The notes beneath the pieces are model-generated. The model ran no database searches. It was not told the origin of the DNA and saw only the letters and a list, made by a program, of their open reading frames with translations. Both the position numbers and the translations under genes were made by a program. This document shows, piece after piece, positions 48,298-50,996 of a DNA stretch of 50,996 bases. How positions within the stretch are numbered: position 1 is the stretch's first letter; each line of letters opens with the position of its first letter. The stretch lies in the sequence record SRR31156797_2631, one strand, 5' to 3'.

Positions 48298-49803
48298 CTA
48301 CCGAGGACTGTACAGCGGACAGGATATTTTTTTCAACATTCTGTAGTCTTGATCCTGCCATTTCCGTGGAGCTGGGGTCTTGCCTGAATTATAGAAAATA
48401 GTGATCCGGTTTCCACCCCAGGTGAGGATTTCTTCTCTGCCATCATTAAAGAGGTCAACAACCAACACAGCAGCTTCGTATGGGTTGAAATTCGCTTGGT
48501 TGCTTTGCCCAACCCATGCTTGGGGATCTTCCATCATTCCACCACCAAATATTGGAGTGAGTGGTCTGTCATTAAGGGGAGAAACCACCCTAAGCCGTGG
48601 CCTCGATGCCTGGGAGCGAACAACGCTCATATGACGTTCCACATAGAGTATTTCAGTACCGGTGGTATCGTCCCACTCAATTGCTTGAACATATTCACCA
48701 CCTCCCTCCCAGCCAGGATGGACTCTCCAGCCCTGCCTCAAAAGCTTTCCTTGGAAATTGATGATCCAATGATTATGGCCATCACTATTTCTCACTACAG
48801 TTTCAAGCCCCCTTACCTGTGGAAAAAAGTCGCCTACCGCATGCTGGTGAGGATGGCGGTTGGCATGCGGGGAATGGGCGGCCCAGATTTCATTTGGAGC
48901 AGAATCGTACCCATGGGCGATAATCGAGGGGTGATCACTGGGCGGACCGTAGAGACTGTACACTGCCTCAAGTCCGGTGGCTGTGGGGTCGATATCCCGG
49001 ACCGTGAAGGCATGAATACCACGATTCCCGGTCCTTCTGTTGGCATCGGCTAACCAGATAAAGCCCCCCTCCTGATCTAGGGCAAGAGTACCATGGAAAA
49101 TTTCATCGCCTCCCACCCTGTCGAGATTTGCTGTCTGCGGAGGTGGATAGATAAACATACCTTGGTTGTGTACCGCTTTTCTCTGGTACCATTCTACTTT
49201 GGGACTGCCGGCTCGCATATCAATGGAAATGACCGAAACCGTCGGGTCATAGGAAGCACTGGCAACAACGATGCGGGTTGCAGCCCCATTCCGGTCATCA
49301 GCCCTGCGTGCTAATACGACGTACATCCACTGCTCATCCCCAGGTAAATCAACCCTATATTTAAGCCCCCCTGTCCTCCCATCGCGGATAAAGAGTGTTC
49401 TCCAGTCAGAACCGATATGCAAAAACTCAGTCTTACCGTCACCGTCGGCATCGCCGATATAGCCATAGGTGGTATAGTTCCAAAAAGAGTGTTTGGGATA
49501 ATCCCAGTTGGTATCTGCCTTGATATCCCAGAAAATATTGCCGCAGACATCGTAGGCTGCAATCCTCTTTCTAGAGGAAATCACATAGTCTGGCCAGCCA
49601 TCATTATCAAGATCACCTATTGCCGGTCTTCCGTTGAAATTAATCTTGAAAGCATGGGCCTGCACCTCTCCGGTGGGGCCCTCAAATGCACCAACTAAAC
49701 ATTCCGGCATATTCGACTGAACCTGGGCAAACGCTCCATTGCAGGCTGCAATTAGAGAGATGCTGCAGACAAAGAAAAAAAAATGGTTCAAAGATTTCGT
49801 CAT
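48298..49803 (-). CDS. Secreted FG-GAP/VCBS-repeat beta-propeller protein (PL11 rhamnogalacturonan-lyase-like fold)
   Basis: Signal peptide (possible lipobox IAAC); repeated Dx[DN]xDG-type loops GDLDNDG, GDADGDG, NLDRVG, RDIDP, GDFFP, VDLFNDGREE. Confidence 0.65.
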   Translation of the reverse strand: MTKSLNHFFFFVCSISLIAACNGAFAQVQSNMPECLVGAFEGPTGEVQAHAFKINFNGRPAIGDLDNDGWPDYVISSRKRIAAYDVCGNIFWDIKADTNWDYPKHSFWNYTTYGYIGDADGDGKTEFLHIGSDWRTLFIRDGRTGGLKYRVDLPGDEQWMYVVLARRADDRNGAATRIVVASASYDPTVSVISIDMRAGSPKVEWYQRKAVHNQGMFIYPPPQTANLDRVGGDEIFHGTLALDQEGGFIWLADANRRTGNRGIHAFTVRDIDPTATGLEAVYSLYGPPSDHPSIIAHGYDSAPNEIWAAHSPHANRHPHQHAVGDFFPQVRGLETVVRNSDGHNHWIINFQGKLLRQGWRVHPGWEGGGEYVQAIEWDDTTGTEILYVERHMSVVRSQASRPRLRVVSPLNDRPLTPIFGGGMMEDPQAWVGQSNQANFNPYEAAVLVVDLFNDGREEILTWGGNRITIFYNSGKTPAPRKWQDQDYRMLKKISCPLYSPR

Positions 49804-49874
49804 GGCACTGGAAAAAAGGTGGCTGGTGTTGTCCTCTTTGAGTAGCTGGAAAGGGAACGGAAGAAAAGAATCAG

Positions 49875-50137
49875 AATTATTTATCGAGCATTTGCGGCAC
49901 GCATGGAAGTAATGATCAGATCATGGATTTCAATACATCATAGCTGCCTTGGAAATAAACGAGATCGTCAGACAACCTATGGCCGGATGTTTGGGCCCAA
50001 TTCCTGAAGCAGAGATCAAGTTGATCAGAGGCACACTCCAGAGAGGGCAGTTGACAGGTAACGAACGATTTCGCCAGTAAGTATCTCAGAGTTTCGGGAT
50101 CCGTATCTCAAATAAGGGGCCTGGCCGCCCCAAAAAG
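49875..50137 (+). mobile_element. Degenerate 3' remnant of a REP-associated tyrosine transposase (RAYT/IS200-like)
   Basis: Frameshifted pieces NYLSSI, DQIMD and LGNKRDRQTTY, then IPEAEIKLIRGTLQRGQLTGNERFRQ*VSQSFGIRISNKGPGRPKK with an internal TAA at 50078. Matches my recollection of RAYT C-termini ending GRP(K/R)K. Confidence 0.6.
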
Positions 50138-50187
50138 ATAACAAATAGTTCCGACACCTTTTCGCAATTTACTCTTTCAAAGAGAAC

Positions 50188-50421
50188 CTACGATATCATT
50201 TTGATGGCTGTAATAACAACTCCATAATTTCGTTCTTCCCTTCGGTGAATAGCTCCACCAGACTCAGGTATTATACTATTCATCTTTTCAGCCATATACG
50301 GGACACAGAGAAAAGTAAATTGCTGCCCCACATTCATTTTGCCAAGACGTGCCCGCACGTCATCAAAACCCCATCAGCAGTCTTTCCTGTAATCCATATC
50401 TATCCGAACACGTTTTCTCAT
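50188..50421 (-). CDS. Putative selenoprotein, TusA/SirA-like sulfur-carrier fold, 77 aa with Cys15-Sec16
   Basis: Manual translation MRKRVRIDMDYRKDC-U(TGA 50376..50374)-WGFDDVRARLGKMNVGQQFTFLCVPYMAEKMNSIIPESGGAIHRREERNYGVVITAIKMIS*; TusA-like length and pattern; SECIS-like hairpin directly downstream of the UGA. Confidence 0.72.
50337..50376 (-). promoter_or_regulatory. Bacterial SECIS-like element
   Basis: UGA, 12 nt, then GACGUG-CGGG-CACGUC (G-containing apical loop), extendable by a UUUUG/CAAAA lower stem. Confidence 0.7.
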
Positions 50422-50538
50422 ATTTTTCCCAGTTATGAGTATATTGAATGGATGGACTTTCTGTATGAAATCAGTTAAGTCACCCTTTTGAGCAGTAAGA
50501 TGGTTACAATCTCACCTCTCCTGTACTGATTTGATATT

Positions 50539-50880
50539 ATGAACGATATTGACCTTCATCATTATAAAGAAGTCCTTCTCCAGCGGAAAAAGGATATCCT
50601 TGACATGCAGCAATCTTCCATGGATTCTACACGGCCGGTTGACCTGGATCAATCGAGTGTCGGTAGATTGTCCAGGATGGATGCGATGCAGTCACAAGCC
50701 ATGGCGTTGGAAAACAAACGTCGCCGTGAAATTGAACTCACCCGCATAGATGCTGCCTTCGAGCGGATCGAAGAAGGTGAATACGGTTACTGTGCTGCCT
50801 GTGATGAAGAAATTGACCAACGTCGCTTAAGCGTTGATCCGGCAAACCCCTTTTGTGTGGTATGTGCCTCCAAAATATAA
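50539..50880 (+). CDS. TraR/DksA C4 zinc-finger protein
   Basis: N-terminal coiled coil; I..A..RI..GEYGYCAACDEEI...RL...P...FCVVC. Confidence 0.9.
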   Translation: MNDIDLHHYKEVLLQRKKDILDMQQSSMDSTRPVDLDQSSVGRLSRMDAMQSQAMALENKRRREIELTRIDAAFERIEEGEYGYCAACDEEIDQRRLSVDPANPFCVVCASKI

Positions 50881-50888
50881 ATATAAGC

Positions 50889-50996
50889 GTAACTGTTCAG
50901 CAACACCACCCCACCTCCGTACGATCAGGCAGGAAATAATAGCATTACTATGGTTATCCAGCCTGGTTGTACGCATCTGGAGCACTGCTGAACAGT
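50889..50996. repeat. Long palindromic MITE/REP-like element (possibly cut by the window end)
   Basis: ACTGTTCAGCA (50892-50902) / TGCTGAACAGT (50986-50996) terminal inverted repeat; inner GTACGATCAGGC / GCCTGGTTGTAC stem with two G-U pairs; ATAG/CTAT apex. Confidence 0.65.

Noticed and set aside
879-49698. Numerous 60-190 aa ORFs overlapping or antisense to the assigned genes
   Set aside because: They lack motifs and lie within well-supported CDSs; treated as shadow ORFs.
50245-50478. 77-aa plus-strand ORF in the track
   Set aside because: No recognisable motif; it is the antisense shadow of the better-supported minus-strand TusA-like Sec ORF.
1-50996. CRISPR arrays, tRNA/rRNA genes, prophage or defence systems
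   Set aside because: No regularly spaced repeats, cloverleafs, or phage/defence motifs were recognised by eye; a tool-based scan could still find weak cases.

Overview
A 51-kb window of core-rich chromosome. Gene content and order suggest an anaerobic sulfate/sulfur-cycling deltaproteobacterium, probably Desulfobulbales; this is inferred, not proven. Left to right: the 3' end of ihfA, a ParB-like gene, and a long minus-strand operon (yceD-rpmF-plsX-fabH-[acyl-CoA dehydrogenase-etfB-etfA]-fabG-acpP-fabF-rpiB, then nrdR-ribD). Next come mlaEFDAC, a PilZ gene, and a lactate/glycolate module (glcD-glcF-FadR-type regulator divergent from TRAP dctPQM, with two PdhR/LldR-type operators). These are followed by a K+ channel-RCK-receiver fusion with a structured leader, a thiL/ptsI/ptsH operon, yifB, a tRNA methyltransferase, queD, a lone nucleotide-sugar dehydrogenase, and a GMC oxidoreductase under a c-di-GMP-I riboswitch. 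The right part holds TAXI-ExeA-like-norR, nfeD-stomatin, a LonC-type protease, a nitroreductase, and a decayed accessory patch (TolC fragment, secreted FG-GAP propeller, RAYT remnant). Best findings: (1) a 77-aa TusA/SirA-like gene missed by the ORF track (50188..50421, minus) with an in-frame UGA in a Cys-Sec motif and a SECIS-like hairpin; (2) a Bcd/EtfAB-type module, probably electron-bifurcating, in the usual fabD slot of the fatty-acid operon; (3) two cis-regulatory RNAs. All calls rest on motif recognition by eye; no database searches were run.
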